From positions 4,179 through 68,178 of IMG/VR virus record IMGVR_UViG_2822194890_000001: a DNA stretch of 64,000 nt. One strand, 5' to 3'. Made by a program: the position numbers and the translations under genes. The notes beneath the pieces are model-generated. The model saw only the letters and a list, made by a program, of their open reading frames with translations, had not been told where the DNA came from and made no database searches. The stretch is from a virus (taxonomy: Duplodnaviria; Caudoviricetes). Position 1 is the stretch's first letter, and every line of letters starts with the position of its first letter. Positions 51,329-62,190 of the stretch are shown here, piece after piece.

Positions 51329-51715
51329 ATGGAGAGACAATTAACTTTATTACCAGCTATCGATAGAGAGACAGAGAAACAGGTTCAGAAAGAGGTAGCG
51401 AAAATACTAAAGGAATACCGCGCATTGAAAACGCGTTTTGAAAATGAAGTGGAGTTAAAACACGAAGGAATCAGTTTGTTTCCGGAGATTAGAGACACGA
51501 GACATATTAGCAATATCAAGTTCAAGCAGATCGATAAGGCTCTACAGTACGTTTTAGACTATGACGAGGCAGAGATTATCAAGATGAAGTATTTGAATGG
51601 TGAGAAGTTAAAGGATATTTTTATCTACACTGAGTTATCAATGAAGAAAGATCATTTCTACAATAAGAAGAAAACTGCTATTCGATTAATTGCAACTTCA
51701 TTAGGTATGATTTGA
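51329..51715 (+). CDS. ArpU/RinA-family late transcriptional activator
   Basis: MERQLTLLP start; EIIKMKYL, ELSMKKDHFYNKKKTAIRLIATSLGMI. Confidence 0.85.
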   Translation: MERQLTLLPAIDRETEKQVQKEVAKILKEYRALKTRFENEVELKHEGISLFPEIRDTRHISNIKFKQIDKALQYVLDYDEAEIIKMKYLNGEKLKDIFIYTELSMKKDHFYNKKKTAIRLIATSLGMI

Positions 51716-51804
51716 AGATATAGAAAAATAGTGCATTATGTAATATTTGTATGTTAATATATTTTAGTAATTTATTTTTAATATATTAATAGGGAGATTA
51801 AAGT

Positions 51805-52284
51805 ATGTTTAAGAAAATGAATCTATTATCAGTTTTATTTGTAAGTATATTGATTTTACTTACAGGGTGTGGAGGCTCTTCGGTAGCTTTTAAAAAGGGA
51901 GACAAGTACAAGGAAAGCGATGGATATACATTTATAGAAGTAACAGAAGATAATGAATGGAAAATGCACGGAAAGAGAGATAGTACTAATGAACATGCTT
52001 TATATAAAGTTGAGGAAACTGAATATAAAGGCGGGAAGTATGCAGTTGTATCATTATCTTTAAAAGAGCAATTTGGCAAAAGTGATCCTTTACATCTTAT
52101 AAGTGGGGCTGAAAAATATTTAGTGGCACCTACTGATAACGGAATGTCTATTGGAAGGGTAGATCATAATATGAATAATCATTGGGAAAAATTCCAAAAG
52201 AACTTCAAAGAAGCTGAAGATAAGGAAGCTTTTTTAAAGGAAGTCGCTGAAAAACTTAATCGTAAATACGAGAAGACAAACTAA
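51805..52284 (+). CDS. Lipoprotein moron
   Basis: Lipobox LLTGC; own GGGAG RBS and downstream terminator. Confidence 0.75.
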   Translation: MFKKMNLLSVLFVSILILLTGCGGSSVAFKKGDKYKESDGYTFIEVTEDNEWKMHGKRDSTNEHALYKVEETEYKGGKYAVVSLSLKEQFGKSDPLHLISGAEKYLVAPTDNGMSIGRVDHNMNNHWEKFQKNFKEAEDKEAFLKEVAEKLNRKYEKTN

Positions 52285-52399
52285 ATAATGCAAAAAGAGC
52301 AGAGTCATTATATTGATTCTGCTCTTTTTATATTTAAAAACGTCGACAAAACGCCGATAAAAAAGGGGGAATTTTGGAAATGAAAATAGCGATAAATTA

Positions 52400-53211
52400 T
52401 ATGTACAAGCCCTTTGACAACCGCATATTGAAGAGGATTAGTACACCTATAAGTGAAACGTTCTGATGCGAGAATGTCACGGTAACGTATACCGCATAGT
52501 AGGGCGGGCAAGGCGGTACGAACCCGTATTAAGACGAAGAGACCAATGAATGTATAACTATGACATATTCCAGTGTGGCGGGTGTGAGATAACTCGCATT
52601 CGTCATGCTGTTTCTATTATGTTTAGTAATCAGCTCAGAGACCGCCATGTCCTCTGGGTTGATAGTGAATATAATAATTCTCTATTCTTTGTTAATGTCG
52701 TCTCTTGAAAATGAAATGGGGGTGGTTGCTCATGATTGAGTGACACTTGCATTAAATTTTTAGAGCAACATTGATTTAAAAATTACATCAGTAATTACTC
52801 ACGATCTTTATTGATGTAGAAAGCAAAGAGCTCTCCACTCTTTGTTTGAGCCAATACAGCGGAAACATTCCCCTTCCGTCCCCTTAGTGTATTGGTTCAA
52901 ACAAGGCGTCGGAAGTAACATATACGTCTTGGATATAAACACATTGTGTAAAGACTATAGGTCAGTGAAGGCTATGCGACGGCTGAAGTATTGACCGACT
53001 CCACGGAGTATAAACGAGAAGATTCTTCGCCTTCTCCCAGTCACCGAACGTTAAGCGCGTAGCTAATAAGAGCTAAAGAATTATATGATGCGGTGGCTTG
53101 GAGAAGGTTGAGAGTACTCAGCCTTGATCTAAGATATACTTATTGCCATTTGTTTTCTCTCTTTTCTCCCATCCCCTTGAAAGCTGTCACTTCGGTGATG
53201 GCTTCTTTTTT
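52400..53211 (+). ncRNA. Putative long structured non-coding transcript
   Basis: No convincing CDS; many stems including long-range GCCTTCTCC/GGAGAAGGT; ends in a UUCG-tetraloop terminator (53183-53211). Confidence 0.4.
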
Positions 53212-53230
53212 GATATAATTAAAGAAAGGG

Positions 53231-53614
53231 GTGGATAATATGAGTTTAAATGAATCTGTACTGTATTTTGATAGAATTGAAGTAACAGATGAACAAATGA
53301 GATCTCACGTTAAACATTATGTAGAATTAGCAGAAAAAGGATTGGCGCTCATTGCTGAAAACAACAATAAAGAAGCGATGGCTTGTTTAAAAGAAATAAG
53401 AAAAACAATGTCAGAAGAATATAAGTATTATTCGCGTTCTAAGGTTCAATCAATAATGTGGGATAATGGCTTATACAATGATTACTATCACTTTATAAGA
53501 GATGCGTTTGTGAAACAACATAATCCGAATGCATATAAAACTCTAAGAAGTAATTTGTACGATGTAATGGATTACGGTAGATATCATTACAGAGAATATG
53601 CAGTTGAAAAATAA
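53231..53614 (+). CDS. Hypothetical protein
   Basis: RBS AAAGGGG; followed by a terminator. Confidence 0.6.
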   Translation: MDNMSLNESVLYFDRIEVTDEQMRSHVKHYVELAEKGLALIAENNNKEAMACLKEIRKTMSEEYKYYSRSKVQSIMWDNGLYNDYYHFIRDAFVKQHNPNAYKTLRSNLYDVMDYGRYHYREYAVEK

Positions 53615-53990
53615 AGCATCCATGACGGGTGCTTTTTTCTTTGTTATATAGAAATTACACATTAAACGTATTTAATGAGTCTGCTAGGTATAAAGATAAG
53701 CGATAATCATACAATGATATGGAAGGGTCTTTTCTAACGTGTTAGTTACCTCAACGTATATGTATCTTTTGGCACCTGGGCGAGGGTGCTTTTTTATTGC
53801 ACATTATGATAAGGACAAGCATATTATGTAATAGGACGAGTTCTTAGTGTCCTATTCAATGCTCAGGATAAAGCCCAATTCACATTGAGAGCACCCTCGA
53901 TATTGGTGCTCTCTTTTTATTGAAAAGTATATATAAATATATATAATATGATTGATGGATTAATATTTCAATCTGAGGGGTACAAATTCG

Positions 53991-54182
53991 ATGCGACGTA
54001 AAAAGGATTTGTTGAAACAATGGAAGGTGGATTTGCAAGCTGTTCAAGAAGAAAAGAGGATGAAGAAGAAGGCTAAAAAAAAGAAATATAGTATTCCTGG
54101 TAATACAGCTGGATTCATGAATGGAAAGAATACTTATCGTAGAGAGAATGGGGTATGGAAGCAAAGGAACAAATTGACGTGA
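53991..54182 (+). CDS. Small basic hypothetical phage protein
   Basis: K-rich; YSIPGNTAGFMNGK motif. Confidence 0.5.
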   Translation: MRRKKDLLKQWKVDLQAVQEEKRMKKKAKKKKYSIPGNTAGFMNGKNTYRRENGVWKQRNKLT

Positions 54183-54569
54183 GGGTAAATAAGGTTCATT
54201 CGATTTATAGTAATTATCGTAGGCGCTGCCGTGATTTGGGTAGCGTCTTGTTTGTTGTTAAGGAAAGATAAGGGGTGAGAGGATAAAGAATAAAATTGAA
54301 GGTTTCATCGATGAAGTTATTTATTACATCCTACTTATGATTGAAGGATTTAGGCGCTAACCCTAACAAAACAAACGAACACAACGAACGAAAAGTAAGT
54401 ATAAAATAAAAGCCTTGTCGTTCGCTATAACCTACTAGGTAGAAAGCGAATAACAAGACGATATACAGGTTGTGAGAGGTAATTCTCATTCACGATTGAA
54501 ATTATATCATGAAATTTAAATGTTGTATAAGGAATGTTAAAATTTCTAAGCGAAAATATAGATAGTTAA

Positions 54570-54706
54570 ACGTCCTGATTAGGTCTACCCTATACGGACA
54601 TAAAAGAGCGAACGAATTTATCATATTTCACAACGTCCTGTTTACATGTACGGAAAATAAATGGTATTATGTACTTAAAATTAATTTCCGAACACGTTAA
54701 CGGACA
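54570..54706. promoter_or_regulatory. res site (three inverted-repeat subsites) for the resolvase
   Basis: CGTCC..GGACA, CGTCC..CGGAA and TTCCG..CGGACA subsites directly upstream of the resolvase, including its -10 region. Confidence 0.6.
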
Positions 54707-54720
54707 AAGGGGAAGATATC

Positions 54721-55305
54721 ATGATAATTGGTTACGCTCGTGTTTCTACACAAGAACAAAATTTAGCGAGGCAATTGAAACAGTTAAATGATTATGTATG
54801 TGATCATGTGTATGAAGAGAAAACAAGCGGAGCGACAACAAACAGAGAAGAACTACAATTGATGCTCGAAAGTTTAAAAGAAGGTGACACGATTGTTGTT
54901 ACTGATTTAACTCGTATTAGCCGTAGTACAAAGGATTTATTTGAGCTAATCGAAGTGATTAAGAGTAAAGGTGCTTCGATTAAATCAATAAAAGATACTT
55001 GGCTTGATACGACTAGTGCTAACCCATACAGTACTTTCCTACTCACTGTAATGGCTGGTGTTAATCAGTTAGAAAGGGATTTACTTAAGATGCGCCAAAG
55101 AGAAGGGATAGACCTCGCTAAACAACGTGGCGTATATAAGGGAAGACCTAAGAAATACGGTGATAAAAGCCCTAAAATGGAGCACGCGTTAGAGCTGCTG
55201 GCTAATCGCGAAGAGAATGGCTACACAGTAAAGAAGATATGTGAGGTTACTGGTGTAAGTCGTACGGTTCTTTATGAGAGAGCAAAAGAAAAGGGGATGG
55301 TCTAA
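54721..55305 (+). CDS. Small serine recombinase (resolvase/invertase)
   Basis: GYARVST.EQNLARQ, EKTSG, DLTRISRS, ERDLLKMRQREG..A...G..KGRP, C-terminal HTH; 194 aa, too short for a serine integrase. Confidence 0.93.
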   Translation: MIIGYARVSTQEQNLARQLKQLNDYVCDHVYEEKTSGATTNREELQLMLESLKEGDTIVVTDLTRISRSTKDLFELIEVIKSKGASIKSIKDTWLDTTSANPYSTFLLTVMAGVNQLERDLLKMRQREGIDLAKQRGVYKGRPKKYGDKSPKMEHALELLANREENGYTVKKICEVTGVSRTVLYERAKEKGMV

Positions 55306-55398
55306 TTATTAAATAGGTTACATTATTTTCTAGCTATTCCTATATTAATATTGGAAGTTTGATATAATAAATTAGGGATAGATAGGAGGAGTATAAAT

Positions 55399-56310
55399 AT
55401 GTATGAAACTTTTTCGAAAAGAGAAAAGAAACGTATGGGACAGGTCAAAGATGTTTATATTTATGATAAAATTCCTGATCGATTAAGGGTTCAAGTAATT
55501 CATATTTGGGGACAAGCGATTGGTGAAAGTGATTTTACTTGGGGTACTATTAATCAAATTATGTCTAAGGAATTAGGGGAATTTAATTTAACTGAAGAAA
55601 ATTGCAAACCCAAAAAACATTGTATAGACTTTTTGTTATCATGCAAAGATATATATGCGATTGATATTATAGAATTATCATTTTGTATTCTAAAAGAGCA
55701 ATATGAAAAAGGCGCAATTTCGATCGATCCTTTCTTGTTAGATCTACTGAAAATCGGTCAATCTTTTGATGAAGCGATTAAAGAATTAAATCATTGGTTT
55801 AAAGACAATAGTATTGGATATGAGTTTATAAATGGGGAAATTATTCGTATTGATCAAACTTATATGCATGAAGAGGTTGTAAAACCAGCTATAAATTTAT
55901 TGTTCGAAGAGGATTTCGAGGGTGCAGCGGAAGAATTTTTAAATGCACATAAAGCGTATAGGAAAGACGATTATAAAACCGCATTAGTAGAGGCCTTAAA
56001 ATCTTTTGAAAGTACAATGAAAACTATCTGTGATAAAAGAAATCTTACATATAATAAGGCTAGCGATACTGCAAGAAAGTTAATTACCATTTTATTTGAA
56101 AACAATATAATTCCTGGTTATTTAAATAATCATTTTACTAGTTTAAGAACTACGTTAGAGTCCGGACTCCCGACAGTTAGAAATAAGCAGGCAGGTCACG
56201 GTCAGGGATCTGAATCAGTAAAAGTAGATCCATATTTTGTTGAATATGCAATAAATCTGGCTGCAACTAATATTATACTTCTTGTTAAAGCTTATAAAGA
56301 ATCAAAATAA
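55399..56310 (+). CDS. AbiJ-N-terminal / Abi_C-like abortive-infection-type protein
   Basis: FSKR..VYIYDKIP..LRVQ N-terminus; EALKSFESTMKTIC and VRNKQAGHGQG HEPN-like C-terminus. Confidence 0.7.
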   Translation: MYETFSKREKKRMGQVKDVYIYDKIPDRLRVQVIHIWGQAIGESDFTWGTINQIMSKELGEFNLTEENCKPKKHCIDFLLSCKDIYAIDIIELSFCILKEQYEKGAISIDPFLLDLLKIGQSFDEAIKELNHWFKDNSIGYEFINGEIIRIDQTYMHEEVVKPAINLLFEEDFEGAAEEFLNAHKAYRKDDYKTALVEALKSFESTMKTICDKRNLTYNKASDTARKLITILFENNIIPGYLNNHFTSLRTTLESGLPTVRNKQAGHGQGSESVKVDPYFVEYAINLAATNIILLVKAYKESK

Positions 56311-56548
56311 TACGCCAAAATGAAAGTAGCGAATCCGCTGCTTTTTTATTTTGCATAGAAAAAAGGAATCCCGAAAGATCCCTTTTTCTAATTCCGATAT
56401 ATCGTAATTGCACATAAGTAAAGACATCTAATATTATATAACAATATAACAATAAAACAATGCAAACGATAAGTATTTTAAGATTTACCATATGGAGTAG
56501 TTATAACGAGTTTCTTCCTATTATATAGAAGGTGGTGGGTGATATGGA

Positions 56549-57346
56549 GTGAAACAAAAACACGAGTTAGCTCAAGAAGATTACATGCAAGGTATGAAGT
56601 ATAAGGAACTGGCTGAGAAATATGGAGTCAGTATTAATACAATTAAGTCCTGGAGAAAAAGGCATGGCTGGAATCGAAAAGGGGTGCACCCAAAAGACGA
56701 AAAAGGATGCACCCAAACCAAGAAAACAGGTGCACCCATTGGGAATAAGAATGCAGTGGGTAATCTGGGAAACAAGAACCCTAAGTATGGAAACAAGAAT
56801 GCAGTAGGGCATGGCCCGCCAAAAGGGAACCATAACGCTATGACGCATGGATTGTTTAGGAAGATAATCCCGAGTGACGATCCGCATGCGATGGAATTGC
56901 TAGATGAAATACAAAACCATACTGAATTAGATATGCTATTCCACTCTATTCAACTGCAATACTTCAATATCCTTAATTCACAACGTATTATGCATGTTCG
57001 CAGTCAAAACGATATGTCAAAAGAGATGATTAGCGAATCACTGAATGGAGACGCGTACACAGTGCAGTTTGCATGGGATAAACAAGCTAATTTACTTACA
57101 GCTTATTCGCGCGCTATGACAGCGTTATCCTCTATGATTGAGAGGTTCGATAAGCTAGCAAATGCTGATGATGAGAGACGATTGAAGTTAGAGCAGATGA
57201 AAGTTAACATTGAAAAAACGAAAGCTGACACTGCTCGTATTAAGGGAGAAGATGGGGAAGAGTATGAAGACGATGGTTTCAAAGAGGCGCTAAAAGGAAA
57301 GGTAGAGGAAGTGTGGGATGACCATGACGACGATTCCGAAGCGTAA
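56549..57346 (+). CDS. Terminase small subunit
   Basis: N-terminal HTH (LAEKYGVSINTIKSWRKRHGW), GAPIGNKNA and GNHNAMTHGLF motifs. Confidence 0.9.
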   Translation: MKQKHELAQEDYMQGMKYKELAEKYGVSINTIKSWRKRHGWNRKGVHPKDEKGCTQTKKTGAPIGNKNAVGNLGNKNPKYGNKNAVGHGPPKGNHNAMTHGLFRKIIPSDDPHAMELLDEIQNHTELDMLFHSIQLQYFNILNSQRIMHVRSQNDMSKEMISESLNGDAYTVQFAWDKQANLLTAYSRAMTALSSMIERFDKLANADDERRLKLEQMKVNIEKTKADTARIKGEDGEEYEDDGFKEALKGKVEEVWDDHDDDSEA

Positions 57347-58637
57347 AAAGAAACCTGCTCCATTCAAATTCAAGCCATTCTCCAAGAAGCAGCTGAAAGT
57401 ATTAACCTGGTGGAAGCCTAACAGTCCCGTTAAAGATTATGACGGGATTATTTGCGATGGTTCTATTCGTGCCGGAAAAACAGTATCGATGGCTCTTTCC
57501 TATGTTATGTGGGCAATGGAATCATTCGAAGGTGAGAACTTCGGTATGTGCGGGAAAACAATTGGTTCGCACCGTCGTAACGTTATAACGCCACTTAAAA
57601 AAATGCTCAAGTCTCGTGGTTATAAGATTAAAGATCATAGAAGTGAAAATATGCTCTCAATTACTAAGGATGGAGTTACTAATTTCTTTTACATCTTTGG
57701 TGGTAAGGATGAAAGTTCTCAGGACTTAATTCAAGGAATTACTCTTGCTGGATGCTTCTTTGATGAGGTAGCACTGATGGTTCGGAGTTTCGTAGATCAG
57801 GCGACAGGTCGTTGTTCAGTAGAGGGCTCAAAAATATGGTTCAACTGCAATCCGGCAGGTCCATATCACTGGTTTAAGTTGGAATGGCTCGATAAGCGTA
57901 AGGAAAAGAATTTACTGCATGTTCGCTTTACTATGGATGATAACTTATCCCTTTCTAAGAAGACAAAACAACGTTATTACAAGTTATATAGCGGTGTCTT
58001 CTTCAAACGGTACATTTTAGGATTGTGGGCAGCTGCTTCAGGTCTTGTATTTGATATGTTCAAGGAAGAAGTGCAAAAAGTTGATTCTGTAGATCGTAAT
58101 TACGTTGAGTATTATGTTTCTTGCGACTACGGTACGCAGAACGCTATGGCGTATGGATTATGGGGTAAATGTATTGAAGAAGGCGACAAAGAAGTGTGGT
58201 ATAAAATCAAGGAGTACCATTATAGTGGCCGTGATGCAGAGAAGCAGAAAACAGATCAGGAATACTACGAAGACTATGAGGAATTCGTTGGTGATTTGCC
58301 AATTAAAGGAACAGTAGTTGACCCCTCGGCTGCTTCGTTTATCGCTGTATTGATACGTAATAAGAGGAAAGTATATAAGGCTCGTAACAATGTGAAAGAG
58401 GGAATTGGAAACGTTGGTATAGCGCTTAATACAGGCAGAGCATACTTTAACGATTGTTGCGTTGAAACATTTAAAGAGTTTGCTTCTTATATATGGGATG
58501 AGAAAGCAATACAACGTGGTGAAGATAAGCCACTTAAAGAGAATGACCACCACATGGATGAAACAAGATACTTCATTAACACAATCATATTTGGATTACG
58601 TAAAAAGAAGAAAAAGAAAAGAGGTGAAGCAGCTTAA
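57318..58637 (+). CDS. Terminase large subunit (PBSX family)
   Basis: DGSIRAGKT Walker A, FFDEVAL, WFNCNP, DYGTQN, DHHMDETRY motifs. Confidence 0.93.
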   Translation: MTMTTIPKRKKKPAPFKFKPFSKKQLKVLTWWKPNSPVKDYDGIICDGSIRAGKTVSMALSYVMWAMESFEGENFGMCGKTIGSHRRNVITPLKKMLKSRGYKIKDHRSENMLSITKDGVTNFFYIFGGKDESSQDLIQGITLAGCFFDEVALMVRSFVDQATGRCSVEGSKIWFNCNPAGPYHWFKLEWLDKRKEKNLLHVRFTMDDNLSLSKKTKQRYYKLYSGVFFKRYILGLWAAASGLVFDMFKEEVQKVDSVDRNYVEYYVSCDYGTQNAMAYGLWGKCIEEGDKEVWYKIKEYHYSGRDAEKQKTDQEYYEDYEEFVGDLPIKGTVVDPSAASFIAVLIRNKRKVYKARNNVKEGIGNVGIALNTGRAYFNDCCVETFKEFASYIWDEKAIQRGEDKPLKENDHHMDETRYFINTIIFGLRKKKKKKRGEAA

Positions 58638-60175
58638 TGACGAAGAGAAGGCAAGTTAGTGCAAAGGTAATTAAGGCAGCAGGGACAAGTACTCAAGTAT
58701 TATCTCGCCAACAAGAGAGCGAGAATGAGAAGAATGCAGTTAATGATATTATCGAACCGCCTTATAGGATAGAAGACCTACAGCAGATTAAAGAAAACAG
58801 TACAATTCTTGGTCAATGCATTGATGCGTATAAGCGTAATATTGCTGGTTTTGGTCATGAGATGAAGTATAAGCAAGAAGACGACAAGGAAACTCCTGAA
58901 ATGAAGGCAGAGTGGACGTTAGTTGATACAGAAATCATCCCCTTATTTAGCTTTGACAAACCGTTTAAGGAGATTCTTGAAACGGGTATCGATGACAAGG
59001 AAACCACTGGTAACGGTTATATTGAAGTGATTCGTAATTTAGAGGGAAAACCCGCTGAATTAATAAATATGTTACCGCAGTACATGCTAGTAACGCGAAA
59101 GGATAATAAACCTCAAGACGTAACGTATTTAATAAACGGAAAAGAAATTAAACGCAAGAAGGTATTCCGTCGCTACTTACAACGAGTCGGAGCAGTAGAT
59201 ACTTACTTCAAAGAGTTTGGTGATCCACGCTTCTTAAATAAAGAGACTGGTGAGTTTTCGGATGTTACTTTAGGAGATAAAAACGCTACTGAAGTGATTC
59301 ATTTGAAGATTGGTAACGGACCGTATGGCATCCCACGTTGGGTATCGCATGTTGTTCATATGGTAGGAGCTAGGAAAGCGGAAGAATTGAATCTTCGTTA
59401 TTTCAAACAGGGCCGTCATATTCCGATGGCTATCCTACTGAAGAATGGCATTTTGTCAGAAGAAAGTGAAGCAGCTATAACCGATTATGTTTCGAATGTT
59501 GAAGGTGAGGATAATCAACATAAATATCTATTGTTGCAAGTAGAAAGTGCAGAGGAAGGTATTGTTGGCGACACTCCAACACCGGTAGACATTGAACTGA
59601 AATCCTTAGCAGACATACTGCAAAATGATGCTCTGTTCCTTGAATATGACGAAAAGTCACGCCAAAAGGTACAATCTGCATTCCGTTTGCCTGATGTGTA
59701 TGTAGGGTATATTCGTGACTTTAACAGAGCAACTGCTGAATCCGTGCGTGAAATTACAGAGGAGCAGGTATTTGAGCCTGAGCGTAACAACTTAGAGTTT
59801 ATTATCAACAATGTCCTGTTGCTTCCATATGGATTAAAACACGTATATGTGAACTTACGTAAATCAGAGATTAGCAATACTGAAGATATGGTTAAAACAA
59901 TTGAGGTACTTGCTGATAAGGGCGGGTTAACATTCCAAGATATACGTAATATTGCAGGTAACATGTTAAATAAAGAATTCTCAGACTACGATATGCCAGA
60001 AGCAGACCAACCTGTAGCTCTGGTGTTAGAACGTCAACGTAAAGTAAGCGGTTGGGAAAAAGGTCTAAGTGAGAAGTTGCAGAAGTCAGCTGATAGCGGT
60101 TCAAATGAAGATTTAATCAATGTAATGAAAGACCTACGTGACTTACTGGAGTCGATGCAAGATGCAGAAGATTGA
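58637..60175 (+). CDS. Portal protein
   Basis: TGNGYIEVIRN, YGIPRW, YFKQGRHIP motifs; XkdE/YqbA-like. Confidence 0.9.
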   Translation: MTKRRQVSAKVIKAAGTSTQVLSRQQESENEKNAVNDIIEPPYRIEDLQQIKENSTILGQCIDAYKRNIAGFGHEMKYKQEDDKETPEMKAEWTLVDTEIIPLFSFDKPFKEILETGIDDKETTGNGYIEVIRNLEGKPAELINMLPQYMLVTRKDNKPQDVTYLINGKEIKRKKVFRRYLQRVGAVDTYFKEFGDPRFLNKETGEFSDVTLGDKNATEVIHLKIGNGPYGIPRWVSHVVHMVGARKAEELNLRYFKQGRHIPMAILLKNGILSEESEAAITDYVSNVEGEDNQHKYLLLQVESAEEGIVGDTPTPVDIELKSLADILQNDALFLEYDEKSRQKVQSAFRLPDVYVGYIRDFNRATAESVREITEEQVFEPERNNLEFIINNVLLLPYGLKHVYVNLRKSEISNTEDMVKTIEVLADKGGLTFQDIRNIAGNMLNKEFSDYDMPEADQPVALVLERQRKVSGWEKGLSEKLQKSADSGSNEDLINVMKDLRDLLESMQDAED

Positions 60176-61088
60176 TAAATTGCTAACTTCACTAAATGAG
60201 TGGATAGAGAAAGCTGATACTGATGATTTTAAGGCTGCATTACCTGCTGATTTAGAAGTATTGGACATGTTACCAGGATACGTTGAGGAATTCGAAAAAG
60301 AGATTGCTAAACTGCTAAGGAAGCAGAAGAAATATTTTATAGATGGGATTAAGAACTTTACGAAAAAAGATGCTGTAGAGAAGAGTATCAAGATAAAGGA
60401 TATTATCGACTTTGTTACTGGCAGCTTATTTGGAGCAGATACATTTGCTAAAAGCCTGAGTAAAGCAGCACGAAAGTTCCTTGATTACACGATGAAGGAT
60501 ATGACGAAAGCTTTTATGGATGCAATTGACCCTGATGTTCAGTTTAATATCTTCTCAAAACGTACTACAAAGTGGATTGATAGTTGGTCTGATGAATTAG
60601 GTGAAATCATGAAGATTAACTCTCACAAAGCAGTAGAGCGTATTTTAAACGAGGGATTGGAGAAAGGGAAAGGCATAAAAGAACTTGCGAGAGAACTTGC
60701 GAAGCTACCAGAATTCGACCGTAAAAGAGCAAAGACAACAGCGCAGACAGAAGTCCTCGCAGCATGTTCTGCTTCTCAATTTGAAGTATATCGCCAATCC
60801 CCTGCTGTAATAGGTAAGAAGTGGCGTCATAGCGGTACAAAGAACAATCAGCCTCGTGATAATCATGTGGCGTATGACGGTACAACGGTTCTGGTAGAGG
60901 AAGAATTTGAGCTCCCCGGTTCTGGAGAACGGTGTATGTTTCCTCGTGATAGTTCGTTAAGTGGGCGTGAAAGAATTAACTGTAAATGTATTATGTCCCC
61001 TGCCGTAGATAACGATATATTAGGCCTATCTGAAGAAGAGAAACAGAAGATTAGGGAAGAAACTTTGAAGGAGTTGAACAAGAAATGA
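60138..61088 (+). CDS. Minor head protein (Mu gpF / SPP1 gp7-like)
   Basis: RAKTTAQTEV, KKWRH..PRDNH...FPRD..ERINCKC motifs. Confidence 0.85.
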   Translation: MTYWSRCKMQKIDKLLTSLNEWIEKADTDDFKAALPADLEVLDMLPGYVEEFEKEIAKLLRKQKKYFIDGIKNFTKKDAVEKSIKIKDIIDFVTGSLFGADTFAKSLSKAARKFLDYTMKDMTKAFMDAIDPDVQFNIFSKRTTKWIDSWSDELGEIMKINSHKAVERILNEGLEKGKGIKELARELAKLPEFDRKRAKTTAQTEVLAACSASQFEVYRQSPAVIGKKWRHSGTKNNQPRDNHVAYDGTTVLVEEEFELPGSGERCMFPRDSSLSGRERINCKCIMSPAVDNDILGLSEEEKQKIREETLKELNKK

Positions 61089-61134
61089 AGACTTCTAAAA
61101 TTAAGCTGATTCATATTTGAAAGGGGGTGAGTAA

Positions 61135-62169
61135 ATGCCAAGAAAACTAAAAAACGTGGATGTAAGCTTTGTTTCTATTGTGGATAAAGCTGCAAACAAA
61201 AAGAAATTCTTCTTAACGAAAAGTGAACAGGAACCAACATTTGAAAAAGAAGTTAAAATTATTAAAGGTGAAGACGAAGAGCAAAAACTTGTATATGGAA
61301 TTGTATACTCTCCTGGCAGCGCGGATGATCCAAACACTCATGACGCACACGGGGATTTCATGACTGCGGAAGAAATAGAAAAATCCGCTCATAATTTTAT
61401 TGCGAAGTATCGTAATATCGACACTCAACATGATTTTAATGCAGGAGCAGGAAAAGTAGTAGAAAGTTATGTAGCTCCTGTTGATATGGAAATAAATGGT
61501 GAAACAATCACAAAAGGTACATGGGTACTGGTGACAGAAGCAACCGATGAGATATGGAAAGATATTAAAGATGGCAAAATGACAGGTTATTCCCTTGCAG
61601 GAGTTGCCGAGACAGAATTAATTGGGGAAGAAGTAACTAAAACTGAAGAGAAACAAATGAAGTCCTTCTTCCAATTGGTGAAGGGCTTTTTTAGTGGGCA
61701 AAAACAGATTGAAGTTGTGAAAGATGCTGATGATGAAGCAACATTACTTTTCGCAGTAGAAAAAGCTGGTAAGAAAATCAGTAATGTGAACATGTCCGAT
61801 ATCGATGCAGCTATTGATTCGTTAACAAATCTAAAAACACGCGTCGCGCCGTCAACAGAAGGTGCAGGAAGTGAGGAAGATAATATGGAGTTTAATCAAG
61901 AACAGTTAGAAAAGACATTAGCATCCGCAGTAGAGAAAGCAGTGAATCCAATTAAAGAGGAGTTAGATTCTGTTAAAAAACATCTTAATCTCGACAAGGA
62001 AAAAACAGAAGAAGATATTAGAGTGGAAAAAGCTGTTGAAGCTGCGATTGCTCCCTTACGTGCAGAGATTGAAACGTTGAAAAAATCTCAAGGCGTTAGC
62101 AATCAACAAGATACTGATGTTGTTGAAAAAACTGAAGTCAAAAAATCTGTATGGAATGGCTTACTGTAA
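61135..62169 (+). CDS. XkdF-like prohead protease / scaffold
   Basis: VSIVDKAAN, VYGIVYSP, DAHGDFM, IDTQHDF, TGYSLAG motifs. Confidence 0.85.
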   Translation: MPRKLKNVDVSFVSIVDKAANKKKFFLTKSEQEPTFEKEVKIIKGEDEEQKLVYGIVYSPGSADDPNTHDAHGDFMTAEEIEKSAHNFIAKYRNIDTQHDFNAGAGKVVESYVAPVDMEINGETITKGTWVLVTEATDEIWKDIKDGKMTGYSLAGVAETELIGEEVTKTEEKQMKSFFQLVKGFFSGQKQIEVVKDADDEATLLFAVEKAGKKISNVNMSDIDAAIDSLTNLKTRVAPSTEGAGSEEDNMEFNQEQLEKTLASAVEKAVNPIKEELDSVKKHLNLDKEKTEEDIRVEKAVEAAIAPLRAEIETLKKSQGVSNQQDTDVVEKTEVKKSVWNGLL

Positions 62170-62190
62170 GCCTGAAGGAGGAAAAGGTAT

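Noticed and set aside
52400-53211. tRNA gene cluster
   Set aside because: Hairpins are present but no complete cloverleaf with T-arm consensus and acceptor stem could be assembled.
54721-55305. Serine recombinase as the phage integrase
   Set aside because: 194 aa with C-terminal HTH and an adjacent res site is a resolvase layout; it lacks the recombinase and zinc-ribbon domains of large serine integrases.
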